A stretch of 63,745 bases of DNA, the filler included, from Hausera hauseri (taxonomy: Eukaryota): the NCBI GenBank assembly GCA_046269625.1. It is 12 parts of 12 records of this genome, joined end to end, with 100 filler letters (N's around TTAATTAATTAA, not from the genome) between each part and the next. Parts side by side here need not be neighbours in the genome. Positions count along the whole stretch, not along the records: positions 37,163 to 42,062 come from JBJURY010398589.1; positions 42,163 to 48,644 come from JBJURY010095209.1; positions 48,745 to 53,474 come from JBJURY010458356.1; 9 more parts are not named here. One strand, given 5' to 3'. The position numbers and the translations under genes were made by a program. This document shows, piece by piece, positions 37,063 to 49,419 of this stretch (position 1 is its first letter; each line of letters starts with the position of its first letter). The notes below the pieces were generated by a model. The model did not search any database and was not told where the DNA came from. It saw only the letters and a list, made by a program, of their open reading frames with translations.

Positions 37063-37454
37063 NNNNNNNNNNNNNNNNNNNNNNNNNNNNNNNNNNNNNN
37101 NNNNNNTTAATTAATTAANNNNNNNNNNNNNNNNNNNNNNNNNNNNNNNNNNNNNNNNNNNNCAGTGTTTGATGTTTCATTACTTGGATTATACTGGTAA
37201 TATTTCACGCGCTATTTAAAGTTGAAGGGAATGTTTTTTTCCGAAATTTACAAATAGGTTGAGTTAGCACTGTAAACATTGATTTACTTTTTGTAAGTAT
37301 ACCTTTTTAGCTTTATTCCTTTCGTTCATGCAAGTAGTTCGTTTTTATACTTTTTCAAGAAATGAAAAGCTCAACGTAAGGCAATAATTTGATAAGATAA
37401 ATAAATGATAAATACTTAAGGCCCCGACATGCATCGGTTGATATTCAGCAAGGA

Positions 37455-38585
37455 ATGGAAGGAAAACACATCCAGAAAGATTGCTTCAAGGGTAATGAAA
37501 TTGGAGTTTTAACAAGCGGCGGTGACTCACAGGGGATGAACTCCGCACTTCGAGCGGTTGTTCGAATGGGATTATATTGTGGTAGCAGAGTTTATTTCAT
37601 TAGAGAAGGATATCAAGGCATGGTCGACGGTGGGAGTAACATCGTAGAAGCGACGTGGGCATCTGTGTCAGGAATAATGCAATTGGTAAGTTGGATAATG
37701 AAATTGATTCGTTTATATTATTGGTTTGTAGGGTGGGACAGTGATTGGATCGGCTCGTTGTGCAGATTTTCGATCTCGTTCAGGTCGATTGACAGCGGCG
37801 AAAAATCTTGTTCTCCTAGGAATTACAAATCTTGTTGTAATTGGAGGAGATGGTTCTTTGACTGGAGCAAATTTATTTCGAACGGAATGGAATGATTTGC
37901 TGAAAGAATTGCTGGAATCAGGTTGAATATTTTCGTTTTTATTTTCTGCAATTTTTTATTATGACGAAGAAACGTGACACAAATAAATTAATACGTTTTT
38001 GTTCAAGACTTTAATGATATGGTTAATATTTTAAAAATATGATCAAAAACAAATTGTTGACATTAGTTTGTATCAAGAGTGTTTTTTATTAATCTGATTG
38101 TCCAGTAATTCGATTAAACAAATATGTGCCGTACATAGTACACATTGACTTTGTGCCTCTTTAACGTATCTGTCTATTGAACAAGGCAGTCATTGTCGTG
38201 AACTGGCTCTTAATTGTTAAGATATTTACAGTAAGTATGCTTGAGATTTTTCGACGTGTATGCTTCTATTACACTGAACTGTTCATGTTACTAATAATAT
38301 TGCACTTAATGGGCATATGATTCCCCGTTACGGTGTTTTTCATCCAACCTTATACTGGCAGTCAATCATAGCCTCTTCATTTGTAAATGTGCGTTGTTCT
38401 TTGTATTGTTGTAAACAATTTTGTCAGTTTTATCAATTCCAATAATTATTATTATTATTTAGCAGAAATCAGTTCTGGTCAACATGATAAATGTGCTAGA
38501 CTTAATATTGTTGGAATCGTTTGAAGTATTTATAACGATTTTAGCGGTACAGACATAACAGTTGGAACCGACTCGGCTTTACATC
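37455..38585 (+). pseudogene. PFK: 6-phosphofructokinase 5' part (exons 37455-37685, 37732-37921, 38463-38585); stop in exon 3, cut by an LTR
   Basis: [70 protein letters not shown] (TGA 38522-38524); 46-bp first intron. Confidence 0.92.
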
Positions 38586-41500
38586 TGTTATATATTGGGG
38601 TGGCCCTATTCTTCTCCCACTATATAACAGTTATTTCACTTGAAATTTAAGATTTCTATGCAGGTCGGCCTTCCCTTATCTAGAAAGCTGACTGTACCTT
38701 AATGATTTTAGAACTCTGTGCTGGTATAAACGTGCGTGCAGTTTATGCTTTAAGGTTACAAAAATCTCTCCTCTTATCTGTTTAAATTACACTGGATTTT
38801 ACCCTTATTGACGTCTATTCACCCTTAAGGGGCGAAGGAAACTATAGCGGAGTTTAAAACAAAAATAGAATTACCAAAATTTATTTTCTAGACACTACAA
38901 TGTTTTCAGAACAATCGATTCTAAGATTTCAACGTGATCAGCAATAATTCAAGTCAATTTTTCTTGCAGTCGCAGTTCCTCAAACTTCTCGTCAGCTCAA
39001 CTTCAACATCTGACTTGCTTGATTTTACGTTCAGCTTATATACTCTTTATTGTTTATCGATTTCTTTTTGTATTCTCTTTTTATTCTGTTTCAGACCATT
39101 GTTCTTAATACATAATCATATCTTTTGAATTTTCAGATTTTCCATCAGATTTCTATTATTTACAGATCATTAGGCAGACTATAATTATATATTTCTATTC
39201 TACAAATCGTCTATGTAATTATAATAACTATTTATTCTACAAGATATTCACATCGGCTGCAATCTGTTTTCAACCTATTTACCGTTATTACAACATTTCT
39301 CCTCCCTGGACGGCATCCTCGGATGTGCCTATTGCGTCAGGAGAGGTGCCGCGACGACGTGGGTCTCTTAACAGTTCCATTCGTCTTCTTAGACTAGAAT
39401 CTGAGCTTGTACTTGGCTGGTCTTCTCTAGAATGTCCCTCAAGCTCATAGCTGTGATAAGGTTTGGTCCTGACTATTCGGGTGTAGTTGCCATTGGAGTA
39501 GTATTTTAGATCGGCAGCTTTTGCGCGGCATACTGGACATGTAGTTTTTCCATTCTCTAATGTCTATTTTTCTAAACAGAACCTACAATATTTGTGTCTA
39601 CAATCAGATTAGCTTCGCAAACGGGGCATTCGTTTTCCTCCTTTTCCCATTTTTCATCGTCTAAATCTACTCTCAGCATAATTTCTATGGGTTCTAGGAT
39701 TAATCCATCTTCGTCTTAGTATAGATAAGCTGCAATTCTTTTTTGTTTGGGATTTATCGAGCTCTTTTTCGGATCACATCCTACAGGTATTAGGGTCCAA
39801 TGGCTGATAGTATCTCGATCTAAATCGGGAACTTCACCAGTCGACTGGTATTTCTGGTATTGCTTCTTTAACATCGTCCTTACTGATTTGTCTGCAGGCA
39901 CCAAGAGTTTACCATTTCTTCTTGATTGAAATATCGGGGCAACATATTTTCCTATCTTGGGATTCTGCCAGACGTAGGTGTTTTCGTAAACTTGCGTGCT
40001 GGCATCGCTTTTACAAAGAACATTGCCTCTTTGATTTTCTGTTTACTATAGTATTCTGTAGCTATTAGCATTCGGGGATGATCTGCTGTAGTAGCGTAAT
40101 GTACATTTTCCGTGGACGTCTTTTTCCGTAAGACGTTTATTTCGGTTATTTGTTCTTTTTTGTTGTCCAGTTTCCTCGTTGGTTTATTGACGTATATTTG
40201 TGTGTCTGGTTTTGAGTTTTCTTTCGTTTGGTTTTCTCGTTTACGTGTCTGTGTGGGTTCTGAACGTTTTTCCGATTTTTGTTTTTCCTCTAATCTCCTA
40301 TCTTCTTCCTTGCTTCTTTTCTTAAATAAATAATCAAAGAAGGATGTCTTCCTTTTAGTCGTTTTGCCACTTTCGGTTTCTGGGCTCTTATTGTTTTTTA
40401 AATATTTCTGAGGGACTTCGGGTATTCTAAAGGAATAATCCTTTGTATCGTAACTCGTACTGGGTCTTTCTTGGATTGACTTTTGATTTTCTGTTTTTGA
40501 TCCTTGTATGGTTATCTGATAGTTCCATTTTGGCGTAATCTCGACACTTCTGGGTGGAGAATATGGACGAAAATGTCTACGATAACGTATATTGAAACCT
40601 TTGTTTCCTGGAAAATTTAATAGGTTCTGTGCAGGGTTATTTGGAGCCCACTCGTGTTCCCATTTTAGTCCAGCGTTGATATCCCGTAGGTACTGGGATC
40701 TTTGACCAGCGGTTAATACTCTACTGATTTTAATATTTCCTCCGGCCATGGCCTCTATCATTAGCTTAAACCGGCCTTCTGGGGTTAGTAAAATATGGCC
40801 TTTCCTTTCTTTGTCTTTGGTCTGCATTTGTTTCACCACGGTTGGATGAGATTCTATTTCTCTTATTCCAGCTAAATATTCTAGCGGTATGTCTAATTTC
40901 CTCATCAGTCTTTCTACTTGATACCCCACTAAGACGTATTCGTAGAAACATTGTGCCACTTCTCGTTGTACTAATTTGAGGTCCCTTCCTTGACTTAGTT
41001 GGTCTCTTCTAATCCCAGTGACTTCTGCGTGAGTTTCCAGTATTTTCTTCCTTGGGGTAATGATCCTCGAATAAATTTCGACTCCATTTTCTTCCCGGAT
41101 GGATATTTCGATTGGAATATAGTCTTCTTCTCCTTCCCCTTAATTTACCGCTATAATTCTGATGTTTCGGTCATCTGCTACTAGCCTGAAGGAATGTAGA
41201 TGATTTTCTTGTTCTAGTTCTGTAGGCCTTTGTCTAAATTTTATAGGGGGTAGTATGGTACGTATTGGCTCTTCTTCGGTTGTTTCGATCATCATTTTGA
41301 CTGGTAGGGCAGCTACGCGAAATTCCAGTTCATTATCCTTGAAGTCCTTGCTATTGAATACGAACGTGCTGAACCGACTTTGCCTTCCTTGAAAAGGATC
41401 CCATTTTTGTTCTTTCAGCCGATAATATATTTCTCCGTCGGCTAGGTGTACGTATATTTTCTGTTGCTCGCCCGTTCGGTATTGAGCGATTTGCTTAAAG

Positions 41501-42062
41501 GGATAGGCCTTGGCATCCTTATCTTCCCTCCATGCGTACAAATATACTGTCCGGTTTTCTTCGGTCATTCCTTTTAGACCGTTTGGGATTTCACTAACTC
41601 TACCATATTGGGCAATATTCTTTCCTTGTAATTCATTATTGATTTGTCTATATATAGCTTTTGAATTGGGAATTCGCACGATTACGTTTTCCTGTAAAAA
41701 TTCGTCAATACTAAGTTGACTTTTAGCATTTTGGGTATCGTTTCTAATTTGACCCGCATTTTCTCCCGCGTCGATCCTAAGTCGGCTAGAATCCATTTGC
41801 GTCTGGTTACTTACCAATCTGAAGAAAAAAATATAAAGGTTAATTCTAAAACAAAGGTTGGCTTTGAATCAAAACCAATTCCTTGTTTGATGACAGAATA
41901 ACCTGCTCTGTAATTGTCAGGTTATTCTATCATACGGATCTACATGGTTTTCCAGCTCCCTTAGTTCCCACTCTGAATTTTCATGGCGCTTAAAATAACA
42001 GTTTTTGGTGGCTAATCAAAAAATCGCAACTAATATAATGAGAACAACTGTTGAGAGTACCG
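38586..42062 (-). mobile_element. 3' part of a large LTR element: accessory ORFs (41140-41817, 39952-40959, 39716-39904), decayed RING finger, PPT and 710-bp LTR (38586-39295)
   Basis: PPT AGGGAGGAGAAA then TGTTGTAAT..TATATAACA; RING C-terminal half DCRHKYCRFCLEK*TLENGKTTCPVCR near 39525-39610. Confidence 0.75.
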
Positions 42063-42162
42063 NNNNNNNNNNNNNNNNNNNNNNNNNNNNNNNNNNNNNN
42101 NNNNNNTTAATTAATTAANNNNNNNNNNNNNNNNNNNNNNNNNNNNNNNNNNNNNNNNNNNN

Positions 42163-42239
42163 TATTTATTTATCCAATATTTAAACAAATTAAAATAAAT
42201 AATAATTTGCTTATTATTTATTTTTGCTGCTCCATTACT
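42163..42239 (-). repeat. Start of AGT-type LTR-like repeat inserted in pPolB
   Basis: Near-identical to ~13942-14018, with a shared boundary TTGCTGCTCCATTACT. Confidence 0.7.
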
Positions 42240-42948
42240 GCAATTATGCCAAAAAACTTGTTACTTACACGAGTAAGGTATATTTTAAGGAAAGTATCAT
42301 TACAATCGATGACCTTGTTGTTGTTCTCCTCGATAAGGATATATTTACTTTAGACAGACCCTCATACATCAGTCAAGCGGTACTTGATCTGTCAAAGTTA
42401 AGGATGTATGAGTTGAATTATGTCGAGTTGGAGAATTACAGGCAACAGTTTAATTGAGAAATTAATGTAATTGCTGGTGACACGGATAGTTTTTTCTCGA
42501 GTGCCGTGGTGTCAATTTGCGTAACCAACTATTACCAGCAATGATAGTTAATGAGCAGCTTGATACTTCCAAATATGATATTAACGACCCACTTTACTCT
42601 TCACGTTTCGCAGCAGTGATGGGAAAATTCAAAGATGAGAGTAAGGGGTCAGTAGAATATAAAGAGGGTATTTTCCTAAGACCAAAGTCTTATGCCCTAA
42701 AAACACAGTTAAAATCAATTATGAAATGTAAAGGTGTAAATCTGAAGCATACAGATTTACAGTATGAGAACTACATTAAGGCATATGAAACCGGATGTGG
42801 GACAATGGTTAACCGGGGGAGAATAGGAACAAAGAATCATCAGTTGATGACTATACAGTCAAAGAAAAAAGCGCTGGACCCATTTGACGATAAACATTAT
42901 TGGACACAAAGGAATACCAGTGTAGCCTACGGGCATTACAGCTTGTAA
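42240..42948 (+). pseudogene. Polinton/Maverick protein-primed DNA polymerase B, C-terminal part
   Basis: LDRPSYISQAVLDLSKLRMY, AGDTDSF, MGKFKDE, FLRPKSYA, KCKGV, KKALDPFDDKHY, AYGHY; one stop and one frameshift. Confidence 0.9.
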
Positions 42949-43017
42949 ATTTTTCTCTTCTCTGATTGGCTACAATCTTGTATATAAGCATGTACATATA
43001 TACTGTTTTCATTCATT

Positions 43018-43472
43018 ATGAATACCTACATTTTCGAATGACCTAACTTCACTGAAAAAATCAAGGACATAATTACCAGTAAGACTTTCAGTATCTGTAG
43101 GTACCAGTTCTGTATTAGAGTCTATCCAGATGGTGATGGTATTGGAAGATACACACATTTATCAGTATTTTTTCCTTTGGTGAAAGATGAAGATGATGAA
43201 AAGTTGGAATTGCCTTTTCGTGGAATAATACAAATGTCTCTACTTAATGAAAAAGGTGATGTTATATGCTCAGACTAAATAAGAATAGATAGCAGATCAG
43301 TTTGTTACATAAAACATGAAAGTGAACGCAACATTGCAAGTGGTTTTCCGAAATTTTATCCGTTACGAAACTTACAATCAATTTTATCAAATGATACGTT
43401 ACGGATCAAATTTGAAATGATTCCGGTAGAAAAACCATTGGAAAAGCTAAACTTAAAACGGGAAGAAAATTG
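43018..43472 (+). pseudogene. Intronless stand-alone TRAF-type MATH domain gene (Polinton cargo)
   Basis: YQFCIRVYPDGDGIGRYTHLSVFFPLVKDEDDEKLELPFRG..ERNIASGFPKF..NDTLRIK; CCAAT (reverse) and TATA just upstream; internal stops. Confidence 0.85.
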
Positions 43473-43665
43473 ACATCTAATGTATTTGTTACAGGAATTG
43501 TCTTCAACTGCGACAAAACTGAATCAGATTATTTCTACAATCACTGATTTGATAAAAAAGATTTGTAAATGTTATGTAAATAAATATTTCGTGTTATTCT
43601 TCATGTTTTATTTGACAATTGGGTTCTATTCATACTGTTTTGTTTACATTCAAGGTTAACATTTA

Positions 43666-43917
43666 TTAACGAACAAATCCAGATAAAAATATTACAAATG
43701 CACCAGTAAGAATACTACACACAAGTAAAACATTTCTCTGCCTTTTTCTAAACTCTTCTTTAATGTTTATCATTAGTATCGATCGAACAACAAGTTCTAC
43801 ATAGTCTTCCTTTGACAGAAAGTATTGTCGCTCCAATTCATTAAGAAATTGGACACTATCAATTTTCCCACTGCATATTTCATTTGTGAGCCGTTTAATT
43901 TCAGCTTCTAGATCCAT
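43666..43917 (-). CDS. Small tail-anchored membrane protein, probable Polinton cargo
   Basis: Intact 83-aa ATG ORF ending in basic RKRQR plus hydrophobic NVLLVCSILTGAFVIFLSGFV; lies between MATH and the TIR. Confidence 0.45.
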   Translation of the reverse strand: MDLEAEIKRLTNEICSGKIDSVQFLNELERQYFLSKEDYVELVVRSILMINIKEEFRKRQRNVLLVCSILTGAFVIFLSGFVR

Positions 43918-44032
43918 TTTGTAATTCTAAGTTATATATAATTTTGAGAAATAGAATTAAAAACATACCATTTGTTGAAACAACGCCATGCTATTTGCAC
44001 ACCTATATTTATATAAAAATTTAAACAAATGG

Positions 44033-44135
44033 AGTGGGAATAGTCAAACCACGATCAGGCCAGATATTCCTTTGTTCACTACCGAAATTAAAACAAATTT
44101 TTCGCGCGAAATTCAAAATTTTCCTTACCGCCCGA
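44033..44135 (+). repeat. Inner part of Polinton right TIR
   Basis: Matches 46230-46331 (GTGGGAATAGT..AAATTAAAACAAATTTTTCGCGCGAAATTCAAA..CCTTACCGCCCGA). Confidence 0.8.
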
Positions 44136-44260
44136 ATCCATGCAGTACACGTGCTTGTGTGTATCCACTTTGTGACTGTCTCTTATCTCACCCATATTAA
44201 CCGCATATGTGTGTATCGTTAATTGGGAATTCACAAAAGAAACGCACAGAAAGTGAAGTA

Positions 44261-45611
44261 CATACGTGGTCAAATTATTACAATAATCAGACAAAATGTA
44301 AAAATAATTAAGTTCATTGTCTATTAACATTTAGCGGCAACCGATGCATCATTTATGTTTAAATTAATCATCTGTATTATTCTCAAATTGATTTCAGTTG
44401 AAATTCCGAGAATTTTCACGCTTTAATCATTAATTGCAGTTGTTTTAGAATTTCCAATTTTGTGCCATTATTCATCAATTTTTTTGCAGAAATGGCGAGA
44501 TCTAAGGACTTATCAACATCAGTAATTGATCAAGTGAAGGTTTTGTTGCAACATACCCAAAATGTCTATGTGAAATTGCTAAGTTGTTTACAATTAGTCA
44601 GTTTCTCGCCGTTTCAAAAGTGAAAAAATGTTTGGACGAAGGAATTTTTCTGAATCCAAAAAGAGTTGGCAAGTGTGCAAGAAAATTCCTATCAACCCAT
44701 GTGATGATCGTGTTTTTCAAGAATTAGTAAATATAATCGGAGGTTGATGTCGACTGAAATAAGAAAAAAATTAGAGGGGCATAATAATTATTTGAGCAGG
44801 ATAAGTGTTAAAGACAACTGGTGGAAGTGGGTTTACATAATAGGTGACCTCGAATAAAAGTCAAGCTCACCCCAGCAATGATGAAAAGGAGACTTGCTTG
44901 GTCCAAACAGCATGCTTCTTGGTCATCAGATGGTTGGGTGAATGTATGCTTCACTGACGAGTCAATGATTGAATTGCATGATGAGCAATCTCAGTACATT
45001 AGAAGAAGCTGTGGTGAAACTTTCAACCAACAGTGCTTTGTGCAGAGTGTGAAACATCAAACAAATGTCATGATCTGGGAAATATTTTCTGCCAACGGGT
45101 GTGGAAGAATCGCAATTATTGAAGGTACGATAAATAGTGATTATTATGTAACAGTTTTTTAAGGACAGACTAATTCCACATTTTAAGGATTGGTATGAAT
45201 AAGAGAATTACAAGGACACTATTTTGATGCATGATTCTGCACCTTGCCACGTCTCATGTCAGGTTAAAAATTTCTTAACTCACCAGGGGTTTCATGTTCT
45301 GGACAGGCCAGGAACAGTCCAGACAAGAATCCCAACTGAAAACATTTGGAACATGTTGAAACACAAACTTCACGCTGATCATATTACCACTAAGACGAAA
45401 TTTCTAGTCAAGATCGTCAATTTATGGTTCCGTGACGATGATATTAATTAAACGGTATGTCTGACAGGGCTAAAGCCTTAATTTGTGCAAAAAGAGGGTT
45501 TACAAAATATTAAAGGTGACAAGCATATGCGTATGAATAGAATGTTCATAAAATAAAATTTGTTTGAAATTATAGTTTTTCCAAATCATTCTAATAATTT
45601 GGCCAAGTATG
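44261..45611 (+). mobile_element. Tc1-like DNA transposon, full length, decayed transposase
   Basis: TIRs CATACGTGGTCAAATTATTACAATAAT / ATCATTCTAATAATTTGGCCAAGTATG; TA on the left; RRLAWSKQH, VCFTDES, MHDSAPCH, PTENIW. Confidence 0.92.
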
Positions 45612-46021
45612 CACTAATACAAAATATTTTTAGACTTCCGTGTTATATATGTATCGTTGGCATTGTGCAGTTTATGTACACGTCGCAGTCCATCTGAAAG
45701 TTTTTCTATGACCTTACAAACAAAATTTATGACAAAATACAAAACATTTTAAGGATTACAAATTGTACACGATTATACATTTTTATCAATTACATAATCA
45801 ATACAAACACGTCCAATATTACATCATTGTTACATCAAAGAGATAAATAACGCGGACATTAAAATAAAACAAACATTATCAAGTATATTTATAAACCAAT
45901 AACACTTGGACAAAAATAAAATCGGACTTATTAATAAAAACAGCCTGAAAATAAAGAATATGATATTTACGATTTGAAAACTTGGCCAGAATTAAGATAA
46001 CAGAAGCAACTTGTCTTCAAT

Positions 46022-46406
46022 AGTAGGTAGATATGGCATCCCTGCACCACACCCCCCTGGGAAGGAAGGAAGCCAATGAGAGGAGAACACGTCATCGGGC
46101 GGTAAGGAAAAATTTGAATTTCGCGCGAAAAATTTGTTTTAATTTGTGTAGTAAACAAAGGGATTTATGGCGCAGATTGGGTTTTACTATTCCCAGTGAA
46201 AATTGACCAATCAGATTACACCAAGTGGGGTGGGAATAGTTAAACCCAATCTGCACCATAAATCCCTTTGTTTACTACAGAAATTAAAACAAATTTTTCG
46301 CGCGAAATTCAAATTTTCCCTTACCGCCCGATGACGTGTTCTCCTCTCATTGGCTTCCTTCCTTCCCGGGGGGCGGTGTGGCGCAGAGGTGGCACATATA
46401 CCTACC
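46022..46406. mobile_element. 385-bp non-autonomous fold-back mini-Polinton (two ~175-bp TIRs, ~35-bp spacer)
   Basis: Termini AGTAGGTAGAT..ATATACCTACC; exact 6-bp flanking duplication TTCAAT (46016-46021, 46407-46412); arms are reverse complements. Confidence 0.85.
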
Positions 46407-48319
46407 TTCAATTCCACTTCCGATAGTTAGACGGTAGATGATATACCTCTTGGTAATATTCCCAAGGCAAAATTTCACTAACTCCCGGCACATTTGTAAA
46501 GTTTTCACTAAATTGTTTCTTCGTTATTCTTTCACAAATTAAGAAATTCGCATAGAATTCGGTTGTGTTTAGTTATTCGTCTGAAAAATGTTTCAAATGA
46601 GTGACAACACACTATCGACTGAATATTAAGTGAAAATCTTTCAGTTCGATGGAACATCGACTAGGAACTTTATAGGTAAAATTTATCATTGAAAAGATGT
46701 ATGGAAACCTTAGAAAGTGAACAAATGTCACTTCGCGCATTGCAGAATTGGAGGTATATTAAAGAAGTAACAAGAGAGGTATCATGTACCAGCTAAGTGC
46801 CCCAATGACAATAGAAAATTTACTTATCATCGTTTGATAAAATGGGTTCAACGTAACCGGTAAAATCATATTTTCAGATATTTTTCACACTGTACATTAT
46901 ATGGCTTGCTTTGACAACTATTGCTGCACAAGTTGTTATTGAATGTGAGGAAAGCCTTTTGAATAGACCCTTAGATGAATTATATCTAATGGTCTTGTAG
47001 CACAAACTTTTCATTCATGACATAGTATGGGTCATAATTGGGAGTAGAAACGTTGGCACTGAATGGAGGCCATTCTATAGATCTTAGTCTACTAATGAGT
47101 CTACATTATGACGAAAACAAGACAGGGCTCCAAATTAGATGCGTCAAATAACAGTGAAATTAGACCCATTGTATTTCGAACAATGGATTTGCATATGAGC
47201 TCCTATAAAACATATTCAGCCCAATCCCAACCCCTCTACTCTGCACTAAACCATTAAAAGATAGTTTGTCATTAGATTGCAAAATATATCGTTCATCTAA
47301 AAGAACTAATTAAAATCGCTTTCTCTGTCTTAACCAACAATCATCGCAACAAAATTTGCAATAAATACAAACAGAATGAGTAAATTGTTATGAACCAAAG
47401 AAAAAACCCATGATTTGAAGTAATAAAATATTTGCAAAGGATTATTTATTAATCAATAATTTATGAATCGTTACTTTGGTGAACGTTGTATATAAGCCAA
47501 CAATTTACAATATATTCATGATTTTCAATAATGCTTTACCATAAATAAATTCAAAGGAAATTTACAATACGGAAAATATTCATGACATTACGTCCAATAG
47601 TTTGTTTTCAGTATTAAACATATTGCATAAAACAAAATCTTCCCAAATTCAAACAAAAATACTACATGACAATCCATTTACCAATATCAGACTTTCAAAA
47701 CGTCATTTACCGACAACTTACAATATAATGACAAATAAAGTGCAATTAGACAAGGTTAAGCATGCGTTCGAAATTTTCAAACACGTCATTTAACATACAC
47801 ACACAGAAACCGAACTGCACAGCGATTTCAGAACAAATCGAGACATTTGAAAAAATATCTGCGTGTCTGTGAAAATATACGTTGTGATATTCATCGTAAC
47901 TACAGATTACGAATTTCAAATGAAAATGATTAATTTGAAAAATCAATGAATTCAAGCAATCATTTAAAATCTCATGTTATAACTATAATTGACATAAATG
48001 ACGTTTAGAGAATCTTAGAACATTAAATTCACAAGAGAAGGGTTTTTTGTCTTTAAATCAGTATTTTATTAATGAAAATTAGTTATACACGTACAGAATT
48101 TTATACTAATTAGTAATATGAAAAATGTTTTTTACGAAGAAAACCAAAATATCAAATTTGGATATTTTATTTCGTACTTGTTCATTTATCTCCGCAAACT
48201 AAATTGTTGCAAATTATTCGACTAAAATCCCGCTAATTTACGATTTATTGTGTATTTTTGATAAACTAAATACTATTGTGCACAAAACTCGATGAGAAAT
48301 ATTTTATTCATCCAAATTT

Positions 48320-48625
48320 TTTGTATCTCCTTCAAAATAATCCCTCTGAAACTTGAGTACATTTATTCCAAAGTTTTTTTCCAGTTTTTGAAACTGTTAT
48401 TATACACAGCTTCCGGTATAGCTTGCAAAGAGGCCAGCGAATTCTCTTGGATGGCTTCTATTGACTCAAATCGATGTCCACGAAGTGGTCATTTCAATCG
48501 AGGAAAGAAAAAAATCACATGGAGCCATATTTGGTAAATACGGCGCTTGTGGTACGCCATACACTCGATTTTTGATGAAATACTGACGAATAATTAATTT
48601 CGTAACGTAAAATGAGTCGAAGAAG
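48320..48625 (-). mobile_element. Mariner transposase C-terminal fragment
   Basis: QAPYLPNMAPCDFFL, LRGHRFESIEAIQENS, DYFEGD. Confidence 0.85.
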
Positions 48626-49419
48626 ATAAATCCAACGATAATAANNNNNNNNNNNNNNNNNNNNNNNNNNNNNNNNNNNNNNNNNNNNTTAATTAATTAA
48701 NNNNNNNNNNNNNNNNNNNNNNNNNNNNNNNNNNNNNNNNNNNNGACAATGCAAAATTAAATAGGCTTCACGTTGAACAGAAAAAAGTCATTTATAAACA
48801 TTTGAACAAGAGACTGAAAATGATGTAGATTTAATAACAGAACATGTTTAGTATCACTGCGTTTTTTGTCTTTGAAACGCATCTTTCCTCTTGGGACGTT
48901 ATCAAGCTTGCTATTTCTACTAACAGTATTGTTCTCTTTTGAACATATTGACGCAGCCGGTGTAAGCGCAGGAGCTGTTATTTCAACAGGCTTTGTTTCG
49001 TTGTTGGAAGGGATTGTATCCAGTGTCATGTCTTTCTTTAGTCTGAAACTGTTTTTATTGCGTGTATCGATTGTGAGAAAACAGAAATTATGTGATAAGT
49101 TATCGCTCATGCCTGTAATTGGTGTTAATAAATCTGGTGACTCAGACAACCGACTTCCAATATCGCTGTGATATTTTGCCATGGCAGAGTCGATAGGCGA
49201 ACATTTCTCGCGTCCCTTATGACCCATAATAAATGCGGATATAGATTCTTTTGGCATTTGGTTATCCTTTAACTGAAACACAATTTTACATCTGAATTAT
49301 AACATAATATACGTTGTGGACGATGTACAAACAACTCGAATACATCACACTTATTACACACTGCATATATGCATGCGAGATGTTTGTATGCACAAAAGTC
49401 GTCAATAAACCCTGCTTAT

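Noticed and set aside
48757-49281. 174-aa ORF as integrase zinc finger (GHKGREK)
   Set aside because: The rest of the HHCC motif is missing; cannot be supported.
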